This document shows, piece after piece, positions 37,183-49,835 of a stretch of 64,000 bases of DNA. The position numbers and the translations under genes were made by a program. The DNA is taken from the NCBI RefSeq assembly GCF_009834535.1, contig NC_045696.1, positions 52,392,001 through 52,456,000 of the forward strand, read 5' to 3'. The notes under the pieces were generated by a model. That model was not told the origin of the DNA. It did no database searches and worked only from the letters and a program-made list of their open reading frames with translations. Position 1 is the stretch's first letter; every line of letters begins with the position of its first letter. Source of the DNA: Camelus ferus (lineage: Eukaryota).

Positions 37183-39129
37183 GTAAGAAATAGCCTTTCA
37201 GTGCTAGCTCTTCATCAGATGATTTCCACTGCAAGTTTTGTTTCCTTCAAATACTGGCACTGTCTATAGGGTATTGTAGCTCTCTGTCCAATCCACATGT
37301 TCTGCACTGGTGTTCTTTTCTGTTATGATAGGTGTCCTTGTCTCTGGCACCATCGTTCTTGGTGCACTATGTCAATAAGAGGGGAGTTTTAAATCCCAGA
37401 ATGCACTCAGTCAAAAAAGAAACTTACTCATTGTGATTTCAGGGGATGTCTGGATGGAACAAATTATATCAGTAAAATGTAGAGGTGTCAGGTCAATTCA
37501 TGATAGACAAGAAGTAGTAAAGAGAGCAATAAGAACCAATTCTCCTTATGATAGATCACAGGCAATCAAGGCCATTCTTAATACATCAAATGAAAGGATG
37601 ACAGTCATCTCCACAGAAAGGTACCGGGGAGGGGGTCTTTCTTATCTTATAACCACCCCTCTTATTGAATACTTTATGGGATTAGTAATTTATTACAAGA
37701 CTCAGTGCCAAGTTTAAGTAGCTTAGTCTAGCCCTTCAAGTTTGAATCAAAGGATGACACCTTTACAAAAGCCAGAAGTCATAAAAAGGAATGTTTTATA
37801 TTCAGGCAGCAAACCAATGGGTAATCACTACCCCATGTTCCCATAAAAAAGATGAGATAATTCTCTCTTTGTGAGGAAGGAAATAAAACCATCAGATTTC
37901 TACCAACACCACACTCTTAGTAATCTTCAGTATAACATAAACAGGCCATGAAAGGGCAATAGAACCATACACCATCATAAAAAAAGATTTAGTTTTGAAA
38001 GCATCCATAGAACAAAAAACCCAGACATAATGCGAGATAAACTTCGGTCTTATAGAACTTCGGTCACTCTATAGACAATTTTACAACAATATCTGACTTT
38101 TTGCAACATGAAATATATGTCTAGTGTAAGGTGAAGAATCAAAATGATTTTTTTAAGTATTCAGAAACAAGATTGGGGCTAAAATACAACAATATTTTGC
38201 CCAAATAAATATTCAGCCCAATTAATGGTTAGCACCAAGGGTACAAAGTTAGCAGCTTTTCAAGTAATAGGGTGACTGGCTAAACTGGTAATTTAAAAAT
38301 ACATTATCAGTGAATTGCATTAAAGTTGACCTAGTCCCCACCCCTTCCAAAACCTGCAGCTGAATCTATTTAGTCTCCATCAGAATTCTTAGCTCTGCTC
38401 CAGTTTGCTTTCTGTTATTAGCCAAGGGTAATTATAAGAAGTGATAGGCCAGTCACTTAGAAGTATGTATCAAGACAAATGTCAAAGACAGTTCTGAAGT
38501 GAAGAACCTGCCTGGACTTACCAAGCAAAAATAGTGTCAAAAAGGCCTTTCTGACCTAGCCAATTGAGAAAGTTTTTACTCCCCATTCAGTCCTTCCATT
38601 GGAGAGAACATAAAGAGGGCATTTACTTAGCACGTCAACTAATAGGCATCAAATGCAGATGAAAATAATTTTTAATGAGACTGCTAAACACTTTATTACT
38701 GGGGAGGATGGAAAGGAGAAACCTTCCAAATTTGTAGGCACTGTTATTTGAATGTCCTGTAATTGAGCAGCGCCATGCCTCAATGGCAGATGTACAATGA
38801 TCTGTCGAGCGAATGAAAAATGAGTGCATGTGTGACTTCTCCATAAACCTGAATAAAACAGACTTCTAAAAGGGCAGATTTCTTAGCAAAAGTCTCTAAA
38901 GATGGGACTTTAGAGCTTAATAATCTCTACTAGAATGAAAGTGCCATGAAGGCAATGACTAGTTAGTTTTACTTACTGTTGGGTTTCTAGCACCAATAGC
39001 ATTGTTTAATAGACCGTAGGTACTCAGTAAGTGTTAAATTGGTAAATGGAAATTATTAAACAGAGGACACTTGAACTAAAACCTTGTTTTAAAGGCATCT
39101 ATGAGATGAGTCTCAAAGGTAACCATAAT

Positions 39130-39330
39130 TATAACTTGAATGATACTCTACAATTCACAAAGCATACTTCATTTAATTCTCTTAACAATGTTGCTCTGTC
39201 TATTGTATTGTAACTACCTCCATTATACAAGTGAGAAAACTTCAGCTGAGAAAATGGCACAGTCAGAACTAAAATCCTGGTTCTATGACCACAAATTCTG
39301 GATTTTCCCACTACACTAAACCGCGTCAAT
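39130..39330 (-). mobile_element. MIR SINE
   Basis: 'tacaattcacaaagcatacttcatttaattctcttaacaa...ctccattatacaagtgagaaaact'. Confidence 0.6.
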
Positions 39331-39358
39331 CCATGACATTAAATTTAATGGTTAGGTG

Positions 39359-39384
<26 letters not shown>
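39359..39384. repeat. Poly(A) tract, A26
   Basis: Direct read; no flanking TSD seen. Confidence 0.95.
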
Positions 39385-39389
<5 letters not shown>

Positions 39390-40884
39390 CCTCTGCAGGG
39401 ATACCACAGCTTTATTTCAAAAAGAAGCATTTAAAAGATCTGACCATAAAGTGGGACTACAAATAAGAATAATCACTATAGTTTCCTGAATAACATTAAG
39501 AGAAAGGTATAAGATGGCTTGTCTAGGGTGCAGTTCTTTCTAAAAATAGAAGAAAATCAACAAGTTCATTGATAAAGAAAATGGATTTGATTTTTCACTG
39601 ATAGAATGAAACTGTCAATATTTATGCCTTCAGTGACAAGCAGCTGACAAATCTTGGAATAATCCAGAAAGAATCATTATTTGTAGGAATTCATATAAGA
39701 ACTGATTATTTGTAACTGTGTTATAGGTAACAATAAGTAATGATGACAGGTTGGAAGAACATATTAAAAGGATTATACTCTACAGTATCTAGGGGAGAAG
39801 ATATCAATTCAACTTCTAGATATGCAAGACTTTGGAGCTCCTTATCCACAATAAGAAAGGATAGCAATTTAATTCCTTTTGGCTCATTTCAGTTCATAAA
39901 AGGTTAAGATAATAATAAATTCTAGCTTAAAAAAATAAAATGCAAACCATTCCTTGAGGGAATCTGCATGATTTGCTAAATATGGAAAAAAATTTCTGTG
40001 ATGTTCTAGGTATCACTGGGAAGAGAATAATTTTAATTACAAAGCTCCATCTCAGCATGGTAACAAACCATCATGGTTTTATACTGCATTACTCTGTGTA
40101 TGTTTACAAAATAATAGCAAGTTAAAAAGGACTTCTGCCTTGGCCATGCCAGAGTAACTTGTTCCAAACTTGCCCTCCCACTGTGATCCAACAGATAACT
40201 GGAAATAAGAGTAGAGGACTGTGATATCTACAAAAGGGAAACAAATAAGGTGAGTCCCGTGATAGCCCCAGCTTGCACCCTCAAAGTATCTTCTAGACCA
40301 TAATGTAGGAAGAAAAAAATCGAAGCAAAACCTGGTGGGCCCACTGAATCAAGGAGACAGACACCAGAGGCTAGAGAGAAGATGGTCTCTGGAACTTGTA
40401 GAGCAGAGAATTGGATAGAGGGAAATTATACATAAAAAGAGCTCCAGTAATTTGCATGGGGCCCCTTATATATATTGATGAATATGAAGCTGTGCATAAT
40501 GTAAGGCACAACTCCACATGGTCAGATTAGTGCTGTTGGGGAGATATAAGCTGAACAATTCCAGGAGATAGCAGCACTTTGACACTTTCAAGTTCTAATG
40601 AGCCAGGGTGAAGATTGTTGAATACCAGAGATATTCAGTAGAAACTCCAAGAGTTGCACCTTAGTAGTAAGGGTAAACGTGCCCTAAAGGAAAGGATGCT
40701 CTAGACCTCCCCATTCTTTAAAAGCTGAAAAACAAGCCTGAAAAGGATCAAGCTGATCCACAAGTAATTTTAATCCCTGCCAGGACAAAATTCAGCACTC
40801 TTTTTTTAAAAAGACAGTAAAATCCAGATCCTAAACAATGAAAAACACACTGTCCAGCAACCAACAAAAAAATTAGAAGATGTG

Positions 40885-41067
40885 ATCCATTGTATAGCAC
40901 AGGGAACTATATTCAGTATCTTGTAATAACCTATAATGGAAAAGAATCTGAAAAAGAACATATATATATATATATATATTATATATTTATATCTATATAT
41001 CTGAATCATTTTGCAGTATACCTGAAACATTGTAAACCAACTATACATCAATAAAAAATAAGTAAAT
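40885..41067 (+). mobile_element. 5'-truncated artiodactyl-type L1 3' end with (TA)n
   Basis: 'tgtatagcacagggaactatattcagtatcttgtaataacctataatggaaaagaatctgaaaaagaa'; 16-bp TSD AAAATTAGAAGATGTG at 40869-40884 and 41068-41083. Confidence 0.9.
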
Positions 41068-42811
41068 AAAATTAGAAGATGTGGTACAAAGTAGAAAAAC
41101 TGACCCATTACCAGGAGAAAAATGACTTAATAGAAATGATCTAGATACAGAAAGAATTAGCAGACAAAAACTTTAAAATAGTTATAAACATACACACTGA
41201 TTAAATAAGAATTTTAAAAAATGAGCATGGAAAGAAGAGAATGAGATGATATAAAAAAGAACCATAAAATTTCTACTTCTGCTTAAGATATAGAAAACTG
41301 CAAGAAAATTACACTTCTGCTCTGTAAAAGGCCCCCTAAATATGTTCAAGCCTCAATATTGATAAAATGCCAGCTCTCTGCAAATTTATCTATAAATTCA
41401 ATGGAATCCCAATAAAAATTTTAGCGGACTGTTAGGGTTTTTTGTTTTGTTTTAATAGAAATCAACAGTTTAATTATAACACTTATATGGAAATTCAAAG
41501 GATCTAGAACAGCCAAAATTATTTTTAAAGAGGTAAAAGTGTGACAAGGCTTTCATTTCTTTATTTCGATACTTACCATCAAACTACAGTAATAAAGATT
41601 GTGTGAGAATGAATATATAGAACAGAAGATTAGAAATACGGCCACAGATAAATTTTCAACAGATTTTCTAAAAAGATATCAAGGCAATTCAGTGGGGGAG
41701 AAGTATACCCTTTAAACAAATAGTGCTGGAAAAACTGGTTGCTTATTTGGAAATAAAATTGACCCCTATTTCACACAATTCCAAAAATTAAGTGTAAATT
41801 TATCATAGACCTAAACATAAACCTAAAGCCATAAAACATCTAGAACAAAATCAACTATATGGCAATACTTTTTTAAAAAAATCTGGAACAAAACCCAAAA
41901 CTCCAACACTATTAAAATATAAGAGAAAATCTTCACAACTTAAACTATGCAAAAACTTCTTAGGATACAACAGCGTGAACTAAAAAAGACCGATAGTCAG
42001 ATACCATCAAAATTAAAAGCCATAGATTGAGAGAAGATATTTCCAACACATATGACAAGCATCCATAATACATATTTAAAATGAGTTGCACAGATACCTC
42101 ACAAAAGAAGATATGTGAATGGCCAATAAATATATGAAATTGTTTAATATTACTTGCTATCATTGAAATGAAAATTAAAACCATTGAATACTTATTACAA
42201 TGGCTAAAAGTTTTAAAAGGGTGACAATACCAAGTGTTGTGAAGAACGTAGCAATTGAAACCTTCATACATACTGGTGGGAATATAAAATGCTACAACTA
42301 CTTTGCAAAAACAGTTTGCTAATTTCTTATAAAGTTATAGATATACTTAACAATGCAACCTAACAATTCTACCCCCAGATATTTACCTAAGAGACTTAAA
42401 ACATATGTCTACAAAAATTTTGTGCAAAATATTTATATTAGCTTTATTTGTAATGGTACAAAACTAGAAACAACCCAGACATCTATCAACATGTCAGTGG
42501 AAAAATTGTGACATATATATCTGGCATATGTATGAGACACACTGGAATCGTACTATACAGTAACAAAATGGACAGAGATACTTATATACAAAGTAATAAG
42601 GATATATCTCAAAAACTGCTGTGTGAAAGAAGCCAGATCAAAAGAAAAAAAAATACATACTATGTAATTCTATTCATGGGATAATGGGGAATAGGTAAAT
42701 CTAATTTATAGTGAGAAAAAGCAGATCAGTGGTTGCCAGGTACCACAGGTGTGGTGATTAATGCTAAGGGGCACAAGGGAGCTTTTAGGGGGATGGAAGT
42801 GTTTTATTCTT

Positions 42812-42860
42812 TTTTTTTTTTTAACTTTTTTTTATTGAGTTATAGTCATTTTACAATGTG
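42812..42860 (-). mobile_element. Extremely truncated young L1 3' end (49 bp)
   Basis: Same terminus as the 45795 copy; 18-bp TSD TGGAAGTGTT(T/C)TATTCTT at 42794-42811 and 42861-42878. Confidence 0.85.
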
Positions 42861-43164
42861 TGGAAGTGTTCTATTCTTGATTGTGATGGTGGTTGTACAT
42901 ATGTATACATTTAGCAACATTTATGAAGCTGTACACTTAAAATAGGTGCATTTTATTATATGTAAATTGTATCTCAGTGAAGTTGACTTTAAATAAAGAC
43001 AGTAGGTCTAGAGAAAGGATACTAGATTAAATTGATAAATTTTAGACTCCAGCTTGGAAAGATGAAGTTTGAGGGAAAATAAGACCAAAGGTTTTAAAAG
43101 TTGAAGATCAGAAGTAGGCTGAACATATACTTTAAAAAAACTCAGTATTTTAAGAGGAAGTATC

Positions 43165-43618
43165 TGTTGTTGACTGAATGTTTGTGCCCTCCAAAATTCA
43201 TATGTTGAAGTCCTAACCTCTAGTGTGGATATATTTTGAGATGGGGCCTCTAAGAAAGTAATTATGGTTAAGTGAGATCATAGGGTGAGACCCTGATTCA
43301 ATAGTGATAGTATCCTTATAAGAGACACCAGAGAGCTCCCCTGTGCACATTCATTCTCTCCACCTCTCCCCCTCCCTCCTTCCCTCCCTCCCTCTCTCTC
43401 TCTCTATCCCTTTGCACAGGCATCAGGGAAAGGTCAGGTGAGGACAAAGTGAGAAGGCAGTTAGTTATCTATATGCCAGGAAAAGGGCTTTCACCAGAAA
43501 CCAGATTTGCCAGCCTCTTTATCATGAATATCTAGTCTCCAGACTGAGAAAATAAATTGTTTTTTAAGCACTGAAGTCTATGTATTTTGTGATGGCAACC
43601 TGAGCCAACTAAGATACA
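43165..43618 (+). mobile_element. MaLR MLT1A/MST-like solo LTR with internal (CCCT)n/(CT)n
   Basis: 'gactgaatgtttgtgccctccaaaattcatatgttgaagtcctaacc' through 'gtattttgtgatggcaacctgagccaactaaga'. Confidence 0.9.
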
Positions 43619-44099
43619 ATCCTTTACACTTAAAATAGTAAGTTTAATTATATAAAAGTTTGTAATACTTCACAGAATAGGTAGAAAATCTTCTCAATAG
43701 TACAAGTAGAGAGAGTTCAGAATAAAAAGAAATAGCTTCAATGGTAGGTAGATCATGGAAAACACATTTGTAATTTTTAAGGCAGGACATCAGTATTTTT
43801 TAAGGTTTACTGTTATTTTTGTAGTTTTAGGTCAAGAATGGAAATCTTCTCCAGCCACACACCCTTGGTTCTCAGGTACATTTCCTCTCTCTGTCTTGCA
43901 GAAAGACAGTCTTTTATGTATATCCCTTGACTTATTTTTTATTTCTTAACTACCCTTTCAATATTCTATAAATGTTTATATAACTAGTCAGTGGATCCAT
44001 GGCTTCCTTACTCAGCATTATAACACATATTAAGTTGGATAAGGAAACATAAGAGCATAGTATCACATCTTATAATATTATTATTATCACTGTTGCCAT

Positions 44100-44285
44100 A
44101 GCACCTAGCACAGAGCTTTCAACCTTCCTGGCTTTAGCATTTTCACCTACAGAATGGAGGTAAAACCCAACTTCATTATTTCAAAGGACATTATGAGAAT
44201 AAAATGAGACAGTGTATGTGAAAGTGACATCTTAACTTTAAAATTCGATAGAAATGTCAGTCATCATTGTGTTTACAATGTTATT
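44100..44285 (+). mobile_element. MIR SINE
   Basis: 'attatgagaataaaatgagacagtgtatgtgaaagtg'. Confidence 0.6.
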
Positions 44286-45794
44286 ATCAGACCATGTAGA
44301 CTGCACTGCCTCTGTACCTAATATAAAGTATTTACTCAGTTATATTCTCACTACCAATAATGACTTTTGAAGAGGAGGGGGAACTGAGATCTCTTTCATC
44401 CATTCTTTTAAATAGTTGATATATCATCAATGAATTAGTGGATTCCTGTTTTCAAGATACACCAAGAAAAATAGTGTTATGACTATTCTTAATCTTGATT
44501 GATCCCAAAAAATGAATCAATACTTTCTTATATTCAATCAACTTAGCCACACAGAAAGACTTTTATTTATATCTTGGAAGGCTTTCATTTAATATAAGTC
44601 AAATATATTAACTAACATATTAAAATTAATGTAAAAATGTATTGCTATAAGCTATCTCTCATCATACCTGAAATTAGAAAACAAAATTATATAAAAATAT
44701 AAAATTGTAGTGACAAATATAATGAGTAAATTTTATGTACTATCATATCAAAAATTCAGGCTTTGTAGTATATGTCCTTTTCCTGAAAGAGTCAAGAAGC
44801 ATAATGCAGCACTAAAGAAGTATATTAAATGTTTTGTTTTGGTTTTTGCCAGGAAATATCCATTTATTTGGAGATAAGGTTATGGTGAAACCACATATGA
44901 TCAGGACATTTTGGAAAAGCATCCACAAAAACCAAAGAGAGACAGAGTGATGGAACAAACTTTTGAAAATGTATGTCACTTGCCAATTTTTTATATCTTA
45001 GCTTTTCTACTTTTTTCACCTTATGCACAATTATTTCTGCTCAGTGGCATGTATATTTTCTCCATGAAGTTTATAATACTTTTATAAAATGAAATAGTCT
45101 CTGGTAAATTTATTTTCAGTCTCTCCCTGCTTTCTGTATTTATTGTATAGGTAAGGCCCTATATTATCCTCATCTTAACTGATCATTTGTAGGCCACTGT
45201 CAACAAATGCCATAACATTCATTTAATTATTAACATGTCTAATTTTTTAAATAGAAAACTTTAAAAAAATCTTTTTGAACAATCCCATTGTTTGTGTGAC
45301 CACAGAACATGTTTGTTTGCCATTTTCTTGAAAAAATTTAGATGCTCAGAATATATAAAACACACAACATAGGCACAAATTAGAAATCAAGTTTACTTAC
45401 TAGAGGACTACAGAGAAAGTGACCCTCAAGCTGGATATAGAAAAATGGGTATGAATTTCCAGGAAGATAAGGAAGGGAATGCCTTCTTTTAAGAGAAAAT
45501 AGATGAGGATGTTGAAGTGGCAAGAGAAGGTTAGACAGGTAAGCAAAAGCTAAAGGACCAACTGAAGAATGTAGACTTAAATCTGTAGGCAAAAGGGAGA
45601 TGCCAAAGTTTTTTTTTTTTTAAAGTAAAAGCTTTATTGAGATATAATTCACATATCATAAAATCTACCTTTTTAGTGTACCATTGAATGACTTATAGTA
45701 TATTCATGGAGTTGTGCAATGATCACCATAATCTAATTTCAGAACATTTTCATTATTCCCAAAGGAATTCTATACCCATTAGTAGTCGCTCTTT

Positions 45795-46032
45795 TTTTTT
45801 TTTTTTACATTTTTTTTATTGAGTTATAGTCATTTTACAATGTTGTGTCAAATTCCACTGTCGAGTACAATTTTTCAGTTATACGTGAACATACATATAT
45901 TCATTGTCACATTCTTTTTCGCTGTGAGCTACCACAAGATCTTGTATATATTTCCCTGTGCTATACAGTATAATCTTGTTTATCTATTCTGCATATGCCT
46001 GTCAGTATCTACAAATTTTGAAATCCCAGTCT
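45795..46032 (-). mobile_element. Young 5'-truncated L1 3' end (camelid-type)
   Basis: Closely similar to the 32478 copy; poly-T at the left end; short TSD GCTCTTT at 45788-45794 and 46033-46039. Confidence 0.85.
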
Positions 46033-46485
46033 GCTCTTTATTCACTCTTCTCTAGCCTTTAGCAACCACTAATCTACTTCTGTCTATACGAATTGCCTAT
46101 TCTGGAAATATTATGTAAGTGGAACCATAGAATATGTGGGCTTTTTGACTGGCTTCTTCCACTCAGTATAATGTTTTCAAGGTTCTTTCATGTTTTGGCA
46201 TGCAGAAATACTCCATTACTTTTTATGGCTGAATAATATTCCACAGAATATTTCCAAAGTGGCTGTACCATTTTATATTCCTACCAGCACTATATGAAGG
46301 TTCCAATTTTGCCACATCCTTGGCAACACTTGTTATTGTCTTTTTTAATTTTATTTATCCTAGTGATTGTGAAGTAGTATTTCATTATGGTTTTGATTTG
46401 CATTCCCTTGATGACAACTGATCTTGAGCTTTTCATGTACTGTTTATTTATATGTTATTATTGTCTATTCAAATCCTTTCCATTT

Positions 46486-46852
46486 TGTAATAGTCTGCAA
46501 GGGCTACCATAACAATATTCCTCAGACGTGGTGACTTAAACAACAGAAATTTATTTCCTCATAGTTCTGAAGACTGGAAGTCCAAAACTGAGGTGTACGC
46601 AGATTTCTCCAGAGGCCTCTCTCCTTGGCTTACAGATGACCACCTTATCAGTGTGTCTTCACATGACCTTTTTTCTGTACATGTACCTCGAAACTCTTCT
46701 TATAAGAACACCAGCCAAACTGGTTAGGGCTCTACCCTTATGACTTTATTTAAGCACAGTTACTTCCATAAAGGCCTCTCTCCAAACACAGTCACTTTGG
46801 TGTTTTGGCTTCAACATACAAATTCTGGGAGGATACATTTCAGTCCATAACA
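46486..46852 (-). mobile_element. MaLR MLT1A-like solo LTR
   Basis: 'gggctaccataacaa...acttaaacaacagaaatttatttcctcatagttctgaagactggaagtccaa' through 'cagtccataaca'. Confidence 0.85.
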
Positions 46853-46980
46853 CCACTTTTAAATTAGATTATATGACTTTTAATGGTTGATTTGTAGGAA
46901 TTCTTTGTGTATTCTGAATACAAATGTCTTATCAAATATATGGACTTATGAATATTTTCTCCCATTTCATGAGTTGTGGG

Positions 46981-47015
46981 TTTTTGTTTTTGTTTTTGTT
47001 TTTGTTTTTGTTTTT
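46981..47015. repeat. (TTTTTG)n simple repeat
   Basis: Direct read. Confidence 0.9.
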
Positions 47016-48004
47016 ACTTTCTTGATGGTATCCTTTGAAACAAAAACAAAATAATATAATGAGGAAGTATGTGAGAAATCTCATTTCTGTGTTCTCTGAC
47101 CTTTCTTTTCTTGGTGTTCAGAGGCTAGGTATAGAGGCCCTTGGGGTTCTTTCATTTTATTTCTACTGACACACTCTTCTCCCTTTCTTTATGAAACAAG
47201 CATTGGGAAAACTATTCTCTGCCTTTGTATAGCTAAGATCAGATGAAGGAACTTTGCTAAAGGACCCAGGGAAAAACAAAAGAGAAACAAGAAAAGAAAG
47301 CATGCAACACACATAAGTGTGCCTCAAAACACCATCAAACAAATGTAATATAGGTTTCTGACCCTCCAGTAGCTGTTTTCTAGCAGGTAAGCAAGCCCAG
47401 TTCTAATCTGTACCCTATAATGAGTACCAAACATAGAGAATTCTATTTTTCTTTCCCTCCCATGTCCCCTCTACCAGAATCCATGTTCAGACAAAACAGA
47501 TTACCTGTAAAAATCAATGGTACTTGAATCATCCTTGATAAAGCAATCACATTTTCCTTAAGTCCATCATCATAGAAATAAATTGTCTAAGAAGAGAGAT
47601 TCACTTTTTCACCTCCCTTAAAGGATAAGGTCACTAAGGGAAGTTTTCTTTCCTTGTGGCAGAATTCATTTTCAGACATTCAGAATCTTGATAGAGATAT
47701 CAGTTCTCCCTTGTGTCTCCCAAGGGACATAGAGGGGTAGCTACTCATCCATTCATGAAACTAACTTTTCCTGACAGCTCACTATGCATCTGTCAGTAAC
47801 TTGCCAGGTCCCGGATTCACAGCAATAAAAAGGCCCATCCGTTCTCTCCAAGAGGCAGGAGTTGAAGGGAGCAGGGAAAACACCTAAAGAACCACTGCAG
47901 TACCACGTGATGAGAACACTGATAAAAGTTAGCAGTGAGAGCACAGAAGAACATCTCAGTTGAACATGACGTACGGAAAGGGTGTCTGGGAGGGCTTTCT
48001 GGAA

Positions 48005-48285
48005 GTAGCAGTGAGAGTGGGCATCCTTGTCTTGTTCCAGATTTTAGCAGGAAGGCTTTCAACTTTTCACCATTGAGTATTATGTTGGCTGTGGGTTTGT
48101 CATAAATAGCTTTTATTATGTTGAGATATGTTCCCTCTATACCCACTTTGGTAAGAGTCTTTACCATGAATAGGTGTTGAATTTTATCAAACACTTTTTC
48201 TGCATCTATTGAGATGATCATGTGATTTTTGTCCTTTTTTGCATTGATGTGGTATATCACGTAGATTTGCATATGATGAACCATC
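48005..48285 (-). mobile_element. Isolated internal L1 ORF2 reverse-transcriptase fragment
   Basis: ORF 47817-48287 contains [19 protein letters not shown]...[28 protein letters not shown], the canonical L1 RT sequence. Confidence 0.95.
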
Positions 48286-48479
48286 ATGAGGATTTTTTAA
48301 TCTTGTCTCTCCTTATAGTTTTCCAGAAGGAAAATACCAAAAAATACTAACTGAAGAGATATTATTCTTGAGGAAGTTCTCTTTATTAAAGTATACTAAA
48401 TACCATAAACACAAACTAGTGTCCTCTGGGCTGAATGCTGGACATGTTTGGTCTGAAAAAAATGTTTAAAGATTATAAG

Positions 48480-48915
48480 CCATAATTTAAAACTAAGATT
48501 TCACATACAAATTTGAATTTCTAGCTTCTCTTATGAATTCACAAGACTTGATAGCATTGGAACACTAATCTTAATGACAACAATGTTGGACTTGAGTAGT
48601 ATTTGCCTCCTTTTCATGGGGTATTTGATTCTAACTTAAATGTTTTGTGGTTTAGTTTTCCTACCTTTAAACTGAGAGATAATAAGGGAACCTCATGGTT
48701 TGGAGAATTAAATAAATTAATATGTGTGAAGTTCTTCAACCTGTGCCTGGTACAAAGTAAATGCAGTATCAGTGTTTGCTATGACTAAGATTATTATTCC
48801 TTCCCAATTAAATATAGCCTTGGCCACTTGCTATTGTCTTACATTCATTTTGAGTTACTCATTTATATTTCCTGCCTGGCTCCTATAAACATTTGTGTTT
48901 TGATCCCTGCTGTAG
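48480..48915. mobile_element. hAT-type MER remnant with a nested MIR (about 48630-48790)
   Basis: 'aaatttgaatttctagcttctctt' and 'actcatttatatttcctgcctggctcctataaacatttgtgttttgatccctg'; MIR 'gaattaaataaattaatatgtgtgaag...gtgcctggtaca'. Confidence 0.5.
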
Positions 48916-49449
48916 GCTTTTAACATTTATGGATTTGACATTTGTGATTGTAACCACTCTAAAGCCACCCAAATATCCATGACTCATTGAAAGTTGCGAT
49001 TTTGTTGAAGCAAAAGTTAGAATCACTCACCTTGAAAGCCTGGTCTGCCAAAGCAAACCACTTAGCTTCTGAATGGGCCCAGCTCAGCAACCACTTCTCA
49101 TGTGGTGCTGCTGTACTCCGGTTCTATGCAGTAACCCTCCTGAGGGGCTACCTAAAAGGGGGCAGCTATTGTAGTGTTCATTTGCCCAGCAACACATGCC
49201 CTCTGCGCACCTCAGGATCTGTGGCTTGTCTTTTTCACTGTGATACAATGTTATCCCTGCTTCCAAAATAAACACTCTAATAATATATTACTCTATGGCT
49301 CAAAAGGTTGAAACACTTGAAAAATAAAGTTCTGAATACAATTGTGAATAATTTCTATGAGAAGGAAAAGAAAGGATCTAGTTAGAAACTAAATGGGTGC
49401 ACAGAAAGCACCAGCCAGTTGGCTTTGTTAATGGACCCACACACTGAAG

Positions 49450-49835
49450 ATGCCAAGTCGAACATCAGAAATTACTCCAAAAAGAGGTGTCAGGAACCTG
49501 GATAAATAGTTGAAGAAAGCAAAAATCCAGCAAAAGCTCAGGTTTGGGGGGAAAAACAACAACTAGGAATAATAAAAGATCTTGATTTGAGAGAAGACGA
49601 ATAACTATAGCAAGGCCTGCTGCTGCAGAAAGATAACCGTGATTCTAAGAGAGAACAGAGCGAGAGAAGACACAGCTTTCCGACTCAGATCACGTGATCA
49701 TCTTTTCTAGCAACCAGAGGTGTCCAGCAATGGACACCTAGCCTAGCACACAGAGCTTGCCTTGCAAAGTTGTAATTTTTTAAACATTGAAAGAGTTCAA
49801 GCAAGGGCTGAAAAATCATTGGTCAGGGTGCAGAG
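49450..49835 (+). mobile_element. L3/CR1 3' remnant
   Basis: 'ttttctagcaaccagaggtgtccagcaatgg...gagttcaagcaagggctgaaaaatcattggtcaggg' resembles the L3 3' region. Confidence 0.55.

Larger units (their letters stand above)
40128..42995 (+). mobile_element. Ancient L1M (L1MC/ME-like) with 5' region, deleted ORF2 and 3'UTR; hosts two younger insertions
   Basis: ORF2-like 'caaatttatctataaattcaatggaatcccaataaaaatt' and 3' end 'gtacacttaaaataggtgcattttattatatgtaaattgtatctcagtgaagttg'. Confidence 0.8.
45610..47042 (-). mobile_element. L1MB-like 3' region hosting a young L1 and an MLT LTR
   Basis: 'gctttattgagatataattcacatatcataaaatctacc...ctaatttcagaacattttcattattcccaaaggaa'; resumes after 46852. 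Confidence 0.85.

Noticed and set aside
37422..37451. Minus-strand 22-nt microexon (37428-37449) with CAG acceptor and GTAAGT donor
   Set aside because: Not frame-preserving and has no supporting neighbouring exons; such motif pairs occur by chance
44880..44990. Possible additional CR1/L3 remnant
   Set aside because: Similarity too weak to support by eye
47900..47975. C/D-box snoRNA-like GTGATGA...CTGA
   Set aside because: The boxes are too close together, and there is no terminal D box or closing stem
47817..48287. Longest ORF (156 aa) as a gene or a novel RT system
   Set aside because: It is an L1 RT fragment lacking the catalytic FADD motif and reading through into unrelated flank; no promoter or partner genes
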